Notes under the pieces: generated by a model
Databases searched by the model: none
What the model saw: the letters and a program-made list of their open reading frames with translations, nothing else
Told to the model about the DNA's origin: nothing
Shown: piece by piece, positions 15,845 to 25,224 of the stretch
Numbering within the stretch: the first letter of the stretch is position 1
How the letters are laid out: each line of letters begins with the position of its first letter
Assembly (NCBI RefSeq): GCF_900079115.1
Contig: NZ_LT549890.1
Span: 1,590,001-1,622,000 of the forward strand
From: Saccharolobus solfataricus
Lineage (GTDB): Archaea; Thermoproteota; Thermoprotei_A; Sulfolobales; Sulfolobaceae
Direction of reading: 5' to 3'
DNA: 32,000 bases
Made by a program: the position numbers and the translations under genes

Positions 15845-17090
15845 AAAATTTGAACCGGAAGAGGAATACGTATATTTCACGTACTCCATCAAGAATAGTG
15901 AGAGGGAGAAGAGCAAAGAGTTAATTAAAGAATACAGAACACTACTACAGAAAGCAATTGACTACCTGTGGAGCTTAACGAAAATACAAGTAAGAAAAAA
16001 GAACGGTAATTACAAGATAACACTACCGAAGAAGAGGGAGGTGTACAAACCACTTAGGGACGAACTAGAGAAAATCAATCACCTCGCGTCACACTACGTC
16101 GATAAGGCAATTAATAACGCATTCTCAATCATCACATCATGGAGGAAAAGGGCCATAAAGGGGAGAGCTTCGATTGAAAAACCTACGTTAAAGAAGGCTT
16201 ACGTTAAGGTTAAGTCTACACTTAGGAAGGTTGTTGGGGAAAGCGTTAGGATAACTGTAAGACCTCATGAGTACATCACCTTCTCGTGGAGTAAGTCATG
16301 GTTCTCAAGAAGGGTTAGGGAGTTGGAACTTGGTGAACCTATAATTAAGGAGGAGAAGGTTTACCTACCATTTCGTTACAAGTTACCTTGGGCAACACCA
16401 GTGAACTTCCTGGCTATTGACTCCAACCTTTATACTCTAGATGCTTATGATGGTGAGAAATTCGTTACAATCTCTCTAAAGCAGTTGTACTCCCTTAAGT
16501 ACTCCATGGAGGTGAAGAGGGCTAAGGTGCAATCATTTGCATCTAAGCACACGAAGAGGGGGAGAGAGTTGTTAAGGAAGTATTCGCATAGGGAGAGGAA
16601 TCGCGTTCTGGACTTCGTTCACAAGTTTGTTAACACTTTGTTGGACTTGTACCCCGTGACGTTTTTCGCTGTGGAAAAGCTTGATAAAGAGAGTATGTTT
16701 AAGGATGCTAATGACTCTCTTTCGAGGAAGATTTCTAGGACTGTTTGGGGGAGTATACATAAAGTGTTGGAGTATAAGGCTCCGCTTTACGGTTCTTTCG
16801 TTAAGGAAGTGAACCCGTACCTCACCTCGAGGTCTTGCCCCAGATGTGGGTTTGTATCCCGAAAGGTTGGTAAGACCTTTGAGTGTGAGAGGTGCGGGTT
16901 CAAGTTGGATAGGCAATTGAATGCTTCACTGAATATTTATCTCAAGATGTGCGGATTCCCTCACATCCGTGACGTTCCACGGGTGTGGGTTGGGGTTATT
17001 CCGCTAATGGGGCGGAGAGGGATGAACGTCCGTGACTTTGGTGAAGCCCAAGGGCTGAGGATTGATATTAAATATCATGAAATCCTATGA
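15822..17090 (+). CDS. tnpB: TnpB (OrfB) RuvC-like transposon protein of the IS607-type element
   Basis: FLAIDSNLY (D), FFAVEKLDK (E), the zinc finger CPRCG...CERCG, and KLDRQLNASLNI (D). It overlaps tnpA by 23 nt. Confidence 0.85.
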   Translation: MLKNLRIRKFEPEEEYVYFTYSIKNSEREKSKELIKEYRTLLQKAIDYLWSLTKIQVRKKNGNYKITLPKKREVYKPLRDELEKINHLASHYVDKAINNAFSIITSWRKRAIKGRASIEKPTLKKAYVKVKSTLRKVVGESVRITVRPHEYITFSWSKSWFSRRVRELELGEPIIKEEKVYLPFRYKLPWATPVNFLAIDSNLYTLDAYDGEKFVTISLKQLYSLKYSMEVKRAKVQSFASKHTKRGRELLRKYSHRERNRVLDFVHKFVNTLLDLYPVTFFAVEKLDKESMFKDANDSLSRKISRTVWGSIHKVLEYKAPLYGSFVKEVNPYLTSRSCPRCGFVSRKVGKTFECERCGFKLDRQLNASLNIYLKMCGFPHIRDVPRVWVGVIPLMGRRGMNVRDFGEAQGLRIDIKYHEIL

Positions 17091-17164
17091 AGCCCAAACC
17101 CCAGCGACCAACTCGAAGTCATAGCTGACTTGAATAAACACCACAAAGGGAGGACAGTAAATTA

Positions 17165-17627
17165 TTGCCAAAAGGGGAAAACAAGAGACTCAAAATTCCT
17201 CAAGAAGCAATAGAGAAGTACACCATAAACGGCATCAACTTTGAAGTCACGGACAACAAAGTGAAGTCCACAACGAATACCATAAAGGAATTAAAGGAGA
17301 AGGGAAAGATCGTCAAGAGGTTCTACTATAAGGACTATGACGCCAACGAGATTTACGAGACTGTGGATGAGGTAGTTATTTCCCCTAGAAAGAACGCTTC
17401 TACTAGACTCGCTTCAAGGCGAAAGGCCGTTCTCGAGTTCTTAAGGTTGGGTTAAAATAGTTGGAAAGACGAGAAGGGTTACGGCTATAGATGATTCGTG
17501 GAGTCGATTTTCTCAACGGTTAAGCGGACCTTTGGTGAGACGGTTAAAGTGACGAGTTTTTCTGGTTAGGTATTGGAGGTTATGTCCAGTTGGGCTTGGA
17601 TGACCCACATGGCCAATCCGTCGTAGC
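17165..17627 (+). pseudogene. IS5-like DDE transposase, C-terminal relic with in-frame stops
   Basis: A single frame reads KDYDANEIYETVDEVVISPRKNAS...RRKAVLEFLRLG*NSWKDEKGYGYR*FVESIFSTVKRTFGETVKVTSFSG*. This fits the IS5-type pattern YD..e...vI.pRkN...Y..R..VEs.Fs..Kr.FGe. The N-terminal half is missing. Confidence 0.5.
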
Positions 17628-17693
17628 TAGGGCAAAGGAGATTATGGTCAAGGGTTAACCTAATAAAATACTATAAAAACTGTTTATTCTCTA

Positions 17694-17710
17694 TAAAAAA
17701 TATAAAAAAT
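17694..17710 (-). terminator. Putative archaeal oligo-T terminator after hyuB
   Basis: Two T6 runs lie on the minus strand (aaaaaa at 17695-17700 and 17704-17709 on plus), 30-45 nt downstream of the hyuB stop. Confidence 0.3.
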
Positions 17711-17740
17711 GATTGCTCTACAATGCCATTCTATTGATGT

Positions 17741-19492
17741 TTATTGAACAGTCCCACTAAGTATCTTAGATCTTCGCATAATATTTCTTAAGTTTAATGT
17801 CTTATCGTAGTTTACTTTGCCGTTTTCAATTACTACACCATAAACTTTTTGTGCTATATCATGTGTAATATATTCATTTTTTACGTCTTGTAGAACTAGT
17901 TCCGGGTCTCTATCTAAAGGATCTCCCCAACCTCCTCCTCCCGCACTATGTAAACTTACTTTGTCCCCATACTCTAATTTTATCGCTGCTATCTTTCTGG
18001 CAACTCTGGGTTTTTCTCCTTTCTTATAAATCACTGCATAGTTTGGAGGACCACTAAATCCTCCATTAATTCCCCAGGGTGGAAATTTGGATCTTCCTAT
18101 TGAGACTGTAAAGTATGCCTCTTTAGATAATACTACGTAATCCTTAATAATTCCCAGACCTCCCCTATATTTTCCGTGACCGGGACCGTCTTCTGTATTT
18201 AGACTTTCTCTTTCAACTAAAATGGGCATTTTTCTTTCATAAACCTCTGCAGACGCTATATATGTTTCTCCATCACCGCTAGCTACTAGTGCGCTTTCCC
18301 CATCTTGATCATTACATCCTCCCCAACCGCCTGGTTGAGGTTCTACGATTGCAAAGGGTTCACCAGTCTTTTCATCATATCCTCCTAAGATTGTAGCTAA
18401 TATTGATAAAAAGTGTCCAGCAGATAATTTATCTGGTATATAGGGAGCTAGTGCTTTCCATACTAAATCTGTTGCGTATGACATTGACTCCCAGTATGTT
18501 GACGTCGGAGCTGGTTTTCTGGGATTGAATATACTTCCCTCCGGTGCTATCACTTTTAGAGGTGAAAAGAATCCTGCATTAGGTAAAGCATGAGGATCCG
18601 TTATAGCCATGTACGTCTCTCTAACTGCAGAAACAGTTGCAGGTAAAGGAGAATTTATAGGCCCATTGACTTGATTAGAGCTTCCGGTGAAGTCGACAAT
18701 GAATTCGTTATCAGTTATGGAAACCCTTACCTTGACATAAACGGGGTTGTCGGAAATTCCATCATCGTCAATATAGTCTTCCGCTTCAAATTTACCTTTA
18801 GGTAATTTCGCTAGTTTCAACTTGCTTAATTTGACCCCATCTTCTATGAGCTTATCCATAGCTTCAATTACGTTATCTAAGCCATATTTCTCAATAAGTG
18901 TGTTTATTCTCCTTGCTGCAATTTTCATAGAAGCGATCTGGGCTTCCATGTCCCCTAATGTAGCATTAGGCATTCTGGAATTAGCAGATATTATATCAAT
19001 TACGTCTCTATTGGGTTTTCCTCCAATGTATAATTTAATGTTTGGTAATTGAAGCCCCTCTTGGAATATTTCCGTGGCATCTGAACTCCAACTGCCGAAG
19101 TGCATTCCCCCAATTTCACTCCAATGCCCTTTATTTACTATGAACCCGACTAACGTATCCTTAGTGAACATAGGCATAATTAATGCGACGTCGTTGAGAT
19201 GCGTACCTCCAGAATATGGAATATTAGTAGCTATCACATCACCGGGATTTATATCGCTTTTCCACTTTCCTAATACCTCTCTTATCGTAAAGTCTAAAAC
19301 CCCAGAGAACCCTGGTACTCCTGGTGCTTGCGCCACCAAACCTCTCCCCTTAGAATCAGTTATTCCAACAGCGTAATCCAGTACCTCATATATAACCGGA
19401 CTTTTAGCGGTTCTTCCGAAAGCGTAAAACATTTCCTCAGACGCCACTACAAGGCCATTCTTTATAATTTCCAATGTAAATGGGTCTACCAT
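17741..19492 (-). CDS. hyuB: Hydantoinase B / 5-oxoprolinase family protein
   Basis: The N-terminus DPFTLEIIKNGLVVASEEMFYAFGRTAKSPVIYEVLDYAVGITD matches the Hydantoinase_B signature. Length is 583 aa. Its start lies 2 nt after the hyuA stop. Confidence 0.9.
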   Translation of the reverse strand: MVDPFTLEIIKNGLVVASEEMFYAFGRTAKSPVIYEVLDYAVGITDSKGRGLVAQAPGVPGFSGVLDFTIREVLGKWKSDINPGDVIATNIPYSGGTHLNDVALIMPMFTKDTLVGFIVNKGHWSEIGGMHFGSWSSDATEIFQEGLQLPNIKLYIGGKPNRDVIDIISANSRMPNATLGDMEAQIASMKIAARRINTLIEKYGLDNVIEAMDKLIEDGVKLSKLKLAKLPKGKFEAEDYIDDDGISDNPVYVKVRVSITDNEFIVDFTGSSNQVNGPINSPLPATVSAVRETYMAITDPHALPNAGFFSPLKVIAPEGSIFNPRKPAPTSTYWESMSYATDLVWKALAPYIPDKLSAGHFLSILATILGGYDEKTGEPFAIVEPQPGGWGGCNDQDGESALVASGDGETYIASAEVYERKMPILVERESLNTEDGPGHGKYRGGLGIIKDYVVLSKEAYFTVSIGRSKFPPWGINGGFSGPPNYAVIYKKGEKPRVARKIAAIKLEYGDKVSLHSAGGGGWGDPLDRDPELVLQDVKNEYITHDIAQKVYGVVIENGKVNYDKTLNLRNIMRRSKILSGTVQ

Positions 19493-19494
19493 TA

Positions 19495-21546
19495 TTAATC
19501 CCTCTCAATAATTAGATTGCCATAACTATCTAACATTCCCGTTTGCCCTTCTAATACTAACGATGTAGAAGTAGGATCTTCTATAATTGCTGGACCAACT
19601 ATTTGATAATTAATAGGTAAATATTCTTTATTATACACATTCCACTCCTCATATTTTCCATCATAGAATACCTTTCTTTTTCCGACCAACGCCTTATCAA
19701 TACTTGAATTATCCCTCTCTATCCTCTTTAATACAATAGTCTTAGCTTTTACTATACCACTCACATGAAAGTTTACTATTTCGATTGGACTATCTAAGGT
19801 AAACGCATATGCGATTTCGTGAGCTTCATGGAACCTTCTTTCTATCTCCTCCAATTCCCTATTCCCAATTTCCCCTGGCATTACACTCACTTTTACAGTA
19901 TGTTCTTGGCCATAATATCTCATCTCAGCGTATCTTAGCATTATGATATCTTTCTCTTTGAATCCCTCCGATATTAATATGGACCTTATTTTGCTCTCTA
20001 ATTCATTAAATTTTTCATTTATCAAATCTACACTACTTTCCTTATCAATCCTCAAAGGATAGGATAAAACAAGGTCATGCCTAATGTCTGAAACAAGCAT
20101 ACCCCATGCGGAGAATACTCCTGCTGGGAGAAATGGTACTATTATCTTCTTTATGTCTAATTCTTCTGCAACAAATGGAGCAAACATAGGGCCAGAGCCA
20201 CCGTATGCTACTAGCGTAAACTCTCTTGGATCATATCCTCTTTGAACTGATATTAACCTAACTGCATTTACAGCATTATCATTAGCAATTTTAACTATAC
20301 CATAGGAGACTTCTTCAATAGACATGTTATAGTATTTAGCAATATTTGAAATAGCCTCCTCAGCAAGTCTTTTATTAACCTTTATTTTCCCTCCAAGTAG
20401 TTCCTCTTGATTTAGAAATCCACATACTATGTAAGCATCTGTCACAGTAACATCTTTACCTCCTTTCCCATAAGCTACTGGACCTGGGTAAGCACCAGCT
20501 GCTCTGGGTCCTACTTTTAAGTTACTTGTTTCATCAATCCGAGCAATACTCGTTCCACCATTACCTATTTCTACTATATCCAATGTTGGAACTTTTACTG
20601 GATACCCTGGGTTGTACTTATCTCTTCCAACATAGTAATCAGTATTTATATTGGGTTCCAGATTTCTCACTAGACTAGCCTTAGTTGTTGTACTTCCACC
20701 ATCCATTGCTATAATGTTTTTTTCTCCTAATATGTCGCTTATCTTAATTGCCCCAATAACTCCTGCTACTGGACCAGATTCTAAGGTATATATTGGAAAT
20801 CTTTTAGCGTAGTCGAATGTGGCCATACCTCCGTTGGAAAGCATAGCGAAATAATTCCCTTTAAAACCTCTATTTTTAAATTCATTTTCAAGTTTACTTA
20901 AGTATTTACTCATTTTTGGCATAACGTATGCGTTAAGTACAGCGGTACTAGTTCTCTCGTACTCTCTCCACTCTCTAGTGACCTCATGAGATAACGTTAC
21001 TATAATATTAGGATCAACTCTCTTAATAATCTCTCCTACCTTAAGTTCATGTATGGGATTAACGTAAGAATTGATAAAACTTACAGCAATGGCTTCTACG
21101 TTTTCCGCTTTTAGTTTTTTAATCGCCTCAACAACCTCGTTTTCGTTTAGAGACGTCAAAATATCGCCATTACTCTTTATCCTCTCGGTGACCTCTAGTC
21201 TTAAATACCTCGGAACAAAGGGAGTAGGTTTCTTATATCTGAAATTGTACATATCTCTTCTATTAGCCCTTTGGATTTCTAGGATATCTCTAAAGCCCTT
21301 AGTTGTGATTAGACCAACCTTTGCTCCTTTCCTTTCTACTATTGTGTTTATGGCTAATGTCTGACCGTGAATTATAGTATTTACATAACCTAAATTTACT
21401 TTGGCTTCATCTATTGCCTCCAGAACGCCGTTTGACGGGTCATCTGGCGTGGTTTCTACCTTTGCCCAACTTATTTCTCCGTTTTCTTCGTTATAGACCA
21501 CTACGTCAGTGAAAGCGCCTCCTATATCTATGCCCACTCTTATCAT
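19495..21546 (-). CDS. hyuA: Hydantoinase A / 5-oxoprolinase family protein (ASKHA ATPase)
   Basis: MIRVGIDIGGAFTDVV is the N-terminal phosphate-1 motif. An internal IAMDGGSTTTKA forms the second ATPase motif. Length is 683 aa. Confidence 0.9.
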   Translation of the reverse strand: MIRVGIDIGGAFTDVVVYNEENGEISWAKVETTPDDPSNGVLEAIDEAKVNLGYVNTIIHGQTLAINTIVERKGAKVGLITTKGFRDILEIQRANRRDMYNFRYKKPTPFVPRYLRLEVTERIKSNGDILTSLNENEVVEAIKKLKAENVEAIAVSFINSYVNPIHELKVGEIIKRVDPNIIVTLSHEVTREWREYERTSTAVLNAYVMPKMSKYLSKLENEFKNRGFKGNYFAMLSNGGMATFDYAKRFPIYTLESGPVAGVIGAIKISDILGEKNIIAMDGGSTTTKASLVRNLEPNINTDYYVGRDKYNPGYPVKVPTLDIVEIGNGGTSIARIDETSNLKVGPRAAGAYPGPVAYGKGGKDVTVTDAYIVCGFLNQEELLGGKIKVNKRLAEEAISNIAKYYNMSIEEVSYGIVKIANDNAVNAVRLISVQRGYDPREFTLVAYGGSGPMFAPFVAEELDIKKIIVPFLPAGVFSAWGMLVSDIRHDLVLSYPLRIDKESSVDLINEKFNELESKIRSILISEGFKEKDIIMLRYAEMRYYGQEHTVKVSVMPGEIGNRELEEIERRFHEAHEIAYAFTLDSPIEIVNFHVSGIVKAKTIVLKRIERDNSSIDKALVGKRKVFYDGKYEEWNVYNKEYLPINYQIVGPAIIEDPTSTSLVLEGQTGMLDSYGNLIIERD

Positions 21547-21559
21547 TGATTAAGTTGTA

Positions 21560-21578
21560 TTGTTTTAAAGATATTAAG
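21560..21578 (-). promoter_or_regulatory. Putative TATA box for hyuAB
   Basis: On the minus strand, atatctttaaaacaa ends about 20 nt upstream of ATG 21546. Confidence 0.4.
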
Positions 21579-21714
21579 CAGTCTAATAGTCTTCTGTGTC
21601 AGCAAGATATTTTTAAAAGACTAAATAACACATGACGATATCCTTTCTTATTACCATAATATGCTTATTGTCAGACAATGATAGATTAGTCGAAAGAAAA
21701 TTATAAATAACAGT

Positions 21715-21727
21715 CATTTTTATATGT
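21715..21727 (+). promoter_or_regulatory. Putative TATA box for the leaderless lrp-type regulator gene
   Basis: catttttatatgt is centred about 23 nt upstream of ATG 21744. It is divergent from the hyuAB promoter within a 197-bp intergenic region. Confidence 0.4.
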
Positions 21728-21743
21728 TTTATTATGTTGAGAA

Positions 21744-22223
21744 ATGTCATGGGAAGAAGTATTTCGAAATTATCTTGATGATAAAGATATAAGGATTTTG
21801 AAACTTTTAAATCAGGACGCAAATATTTCTGACGCTAAGCTTGGAAAATTAGTGGGACTATCAAAGACCGCTGTGAGATTAAGAAGAGTAAAGCTGCAAA
21901 ATTCTGGTATTTTGAAAATAGTTGGCGTGGTAGTTTTACAAAACTTAGGTATTCCGTATGCAGACCTCTTGGTAAAGTTGAAGAATGATATAGTACTAAG
22001 GGAGCAATTTATAAACAAACTAATTGCTAATGATCTAGTATATGAAGTGACTGAATACATGGGAGATTGGGATTTACTTATAAGATTATTTCATAACAAT
22101 ATCGCTAAGTTGAAGGACGAATCATTAAAAATTATTAGCGATAAGGCTGTTCAAGATTACAGAATTAGTTATGTAGTAAAAACTTATAAGGCATGGGGAA
22201 AATCGATTCTTTCTAGTATATAA
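21744..22223 (+). CDS. Lrp/AsnC-family transcriptional regulator
   Basis: The HTH is DDKDIRILKLLNQDANISDAKLGKLVGLSKTAVRLRRVKLQNSGIL, followed by a C-terminal RAM-like domain. Length is 159 aa. Confidence 0.85.
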   Translation: MSWEEVFRNYLDDKDIRILKLLNQDANISDAKLGKLVGLSKTAVRLRRVKLQNSGILKIVGVVVLQNLGIPYADLLVKLKNDIVLREQFINKLIANDLVYEVTEYMGDWDLLIRLFHNNIAKLKDESLKIISDKAVQDYRISYVVKTYKAWGKSILSSI

Positions 22224-22360
22224 ACCTTACTTGAAAACTCATAGTCTGATAGACTATATCTTCATAATTTTTTGGAATAGTAATAGTGTAGCAGTTGACA
22301 AAATAGTAGCGTTAATAATAGTTATTTTCCTAAAAAACCATTTCTTCTGAACTATCATAA

Positions 22361-22374
22361 TGCTTTTATTTCAT
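22361..22374 (+). promoter_or_regulatory. Putative TATA box for the permease-DUF917 operon
   Basis: tgcttttatttcat is centred about 26 nt upstream of ATG 22393. Confidence 0.4.
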
Positions 22375-22392
22375 ATTTAAACATTAGAAAAT

Positions 22393-23754
22393 ATGACTGG
22401 AAAGGAGGAAATTAGCTCAAAATACGACGATTATTCACTGAAGGAAGTTCCTAAAGATTCCAGATACGGCTTCTTTAACGTTTTTCTAGTATTTTCATCT
22501 GTATATGGTGCAATAGCTGTAATATGGGCTGGAGGAGCACTAGGTTACGGTCTCACATTTTCTCAAGCTATAATTGCAGTATTGTCGGGAACAGTAGTAT
22601 TAGGCATCTTAGGTTCATTGACTGCAGCTGTGGGAGCTTATAGTGGCCTTTCCACTTATGTTATGTGGAGACATCCTTTAGGAAGATGGGGAGGTAAAAT
22701 TGCTGGATTGTTACTGATAACTATAACCACGGGAATAGGGTGGTATGCAGTAGAAACATGGCTATTTGGTATAGTAATGAGCGAGATATTCCCAAATAAT
22801 CCATTCTTTTCAGTTGGGGTAGCTGCGATTTGGGGAGGAATTTTGATGACAATAATGACATATGTAGGGTATAGAATGCTGTCTTTCCTAAGTTACTTTA
22901 CAATTCCATTTCATATATGGCTGATAGCAATAGGAATAGCAATAGTGTTAGCACTAAAAGGGGGATTCCACACAGTTATGGCTGCTGTCCCAACAAGCCA
23001 TATGAGCTTGCTTGACGGTATATCTGCTACCATAGGACTATATAGCGCTGGGACTATAATTTCTCCCGATATCTCCAGATTTGCCAAATCAGCTAAGGAC
23101 GCTGGATATGCGTGGTTTGCTCACATTATTTTCCTATATCCATTCTTAATATTGGGGGGAGTTGCAATAGTGTTAGCAACTGGTTCCTATTTAATAACTA
23201 ACGCAATGTTAGAGTTAGGTATGGGAGTTGGTGTTTTACTAATTATAGTCTTTGGTCAGTTCATAATAAACACTGATAATCTATATAGTGGTTCCTTATC
23301 TTTAGTTAACCTAATTCCAATGAGGCGTGAAATCGCCTCTGTGATCAACGGTGTCATAGGTACTGCTATTGCTGCATACGTCGGATTCTCAGCAGGTTCA
23401 TCCATAACCCCCTTTGAGAACTTTATCTCTTTACTAGGAGACTTTCTACCAGCAATGGGAGGAATTGTACTAGCCGACTTCTACATTGTGAAGAAATATG
23501 TTAATAAAATCCAAGATCCTCATAAACGGTATGAATTCGTACCAAATAATAAGTATTACAATATAAATATTGCAGGAATATTAGCTCTAGCATTAGGTTC
23601 AATAATAGGTTACTTCGTAAATGCAGGTATACCCGCCATAAACTCCTTAGTTACTGGCTTCCTATCCTACATAATAATATATTACATTATCAAAGCAATG
23701 GGTAAGAGTCCAGAAATATTGCCGTTTAACTATGAAGGGGGGATATTAAGATGA
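22393..23754 (+). CDS. NCS1-family (cytosine/purine/uracil/thiamine/allantoin/hydantoin-type) permease
   Basis: The protein is 453 aa and strongly hydrophobic, with about 12 TM segments. It has a short polar N-terminus containing EVPKDSRYGF, as in CodB-like NCS1 carriers. Confidence 0.75.
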   Translation: MTGKEEISSKYDDYSLKEVPKDSRYGFFNVFLVFSSVYGAIAVIWAGGALGYGLTFSQAIIAVLSGTVVLGILGSLTAAVGAYSGLSTYVMWRHPLGRWGGKIAGLLLITITTGIGWYAVETWLFGIVMSEIFPNNPFFSVGVAAIWGGILMTIMTYVGYRMLSFLSYFTIPFHIWLIAIGIAIVLALKGGFHTVMAAVPTSHMSLLDGISATIGLYSAGTIISPDISRFAKSAKDAGYAWFAHIIFLYPFLILGGVAIVLATGSYLITNAMLELGMGVGVLLIIVFGQFIINTDNLYSGSLSLVNLIPMRREIASVINGVIGTAIAAYVGFSAGSSITPFENFISLLGDFLPAMGGIVLADFYIVKKYVNKIQDPHKRYEFVPNNKYYNINIAGILALALGSIIGYFVNAGIPAINSLVTGFLSYIIIYYIIKAMGKSPEILPFNYEGGILR

Positions 23755-24137
23755 AATTATCTGATAACTACAGAATATTTACTATATCTAACATTATAGT
23801 GGGATTAATCTTTAGTATTCTGTATTTCATTACAAGTGGATTTATACAATACTACAACTTAGTCTATGGTATCCTTACGTTAGGAATAGCCATATGGGGA
23901 ATTGGGAGATATTATTTCAAAAAAATAGAAGATGATAAAATAAGAGCAGGAGTTCAAACAGCGTGGCTAATAGTCTCTTTCGCCTTAGGTTACATATCAA
24001 TAATTTATGCCCCTGTTCTGTTCACTAAGTTAGAAATAATAGTGATTGAGTCTATTCTGTCAATAATACAAGTTCTGTGGGGTTCAGCATTATTGGCAAT
24101 TTCATATAGGAAAGGATACTCAGTGATAAAGGTGTAA
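23751..24137 (+). CDS. Small integral membrane protein (about 4 TM), function unknown
   Basis: An ATGA overlap with the permease stop indicates coupling. There are four hydrophobic stretches. I recognise no family. Confidence 0.55.
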   Translation: MKLSDNYRIFTISNIIVGLIFSILYFITSGFIQYYNLVYGILTLGIAIWGIGRYYFKKIEDDKIRAGVQTAWLIVSFALGYISIIYAPVLFTKLEIIVIESILSIIQVLWGSALLAISYRKGYSVIKV

Positions 24138-24141
24138 CTAC

Positions 24142-25224
24142 GTGGAAACATATTTCATTGAAGAGAGAGATTTACAAAACTTAATTACTGGAGCGTCTTT
24201 TTTAGGTACAGGAGGTGGAGGGGATCCATATATAGGAGGACTTATGTTAAAAAGGGAATTAGAGATTGTAAAGAAGATAGAAGTAGTAACTGGAATGAAG
24301 TACTCAAATAGTAAATCCTTTGTGTTAGGTAGTGCAATGATGGGAGCTCCTATAGTTATGATAGAAAAAATACCTAACAGCTCTGAAGCTAAAAAGGCTC
24401 TTGAAGTTTATTCTAAATTTACCGATAATGAAGTAGAATACATCACACCACTGGAAATGGGCGGAGTTAATTCCACGATCCCATTAATAACATCAGCTAA
24501 GACCGGTATTCCAGTAGTTGATGGAGATGGTATGGGGAGGGCGTTTCCAGAACTGCAAATGACTACCTTTTACTTTTATGGTGTTCAACCTTCTCCGATC
24601 GTGATATTCGATGAAAGAGGTAATGTGAGTATAGTACAAGGTATAGACGGTTATTGGTCTGAGAAAATAGCAAGAATTATCACTGTAAGATACGGTGGAA
24701 GTGCATATATTGCACTGTACGGTACGTCATTACCAACTTACTTAAATACTGCCGTACTAGGTACACTAAGTTTAGCCTTGGAAATAGGCAAACTATTAAA
24801 TCAAATGCGTCTTGACGATCTCTTAGACCTTTTAAAGGCAATAATAATGTTCAAGGGTAAGGTGGTAGATGTACAAAGAAGAGTAGAAAGAGGATTCTCT
24901 AAAGGAAATGTGATTATAGATGGTATAGAAAACTACAGCGAAAAAACTATGAAAATTGATTTTCAGAACGAATTCTTAGTGGCAAGGATTAATAATGACA
25001 TAGTGACTACTGTGCCAGATCTCATTACAGTTCTAGATCTATTTACGTTAAAACCAATCACAACGGACAGAATAAAGTATGGTCAAAAAGTCATGGTTAT
25101 CGGTATACCTTCAAGTGGGAAGCTCAGAACTAAAGAGGCGTTAAGGTATGTAGGACCTAGAGCCTTTGGATATGATGTGGATTTCATACCACTTGAAGAA
25201 AGGTGGAAGAAGGTTGAGAATTAG
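24142..25224 (+). CDS. DUF917-family protein (paralogue 1)
   Basis: The GTG start is preceded by GGTG 7 nt upstream. Blocks ASFLGTGGGGDPYIGG, GGVNSTIP and DGDGMGRAFPELQMTTF are shared with the paralogue at 26730-27776 and fit my memory of DUF917. Confidence 0.75.
   Translation: METYFIEERDLQNLITGASFLGTGGGGDPYIGGLMLKRELEIVKKIEVVTGMKYSNSKSFVLGSAMMGAPIVMIEKIPNSSEAKKALEVYSKFTDNEVEYITPLEMGGVNSTIPLITSAKTGIPVVDGDGMGRAFPELQMTTFYFYGVQPSPIVIFDERGNVSIVQGIDGYWSEKIARIITVRYGGSAYIALYGTSLPTYLNTAVLGTLSLALEIGKLLNQMRLDDLLDLLKAIIMFKGKVVDVQRRVERGFSKGNVIIDGIENYSEKTMKIDFQNEFLVARINNDIVTTVPDLITVLDLFTLKPITTDRIKYGQKVMVIGIPSSGKLRTKEALRYVGPRAFGYDVDFIPLEERWKKVEN

Larger units (their letters stand above)
15200..17110 (+). 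mobile_element. IS607-type (IS200/IS605 superfamily) element with tnpA (serine recombinase) and tnpB; ISC1904/1913-like
   Basis: It holds two overlapping genes typical of IS607. The family has no terminal IRs, so the ends could not be fixed from a single copy. Coordinates are approximate. Confidence 0.55.

Noticed and set aside
21613-21822. 69-aa minus-strand ORF in the hyuA/lrp divergent region
   Set aside because: It spans both predicted TATA boxes and overlaps the lrp start. It is AT-rich with no signals of its own.
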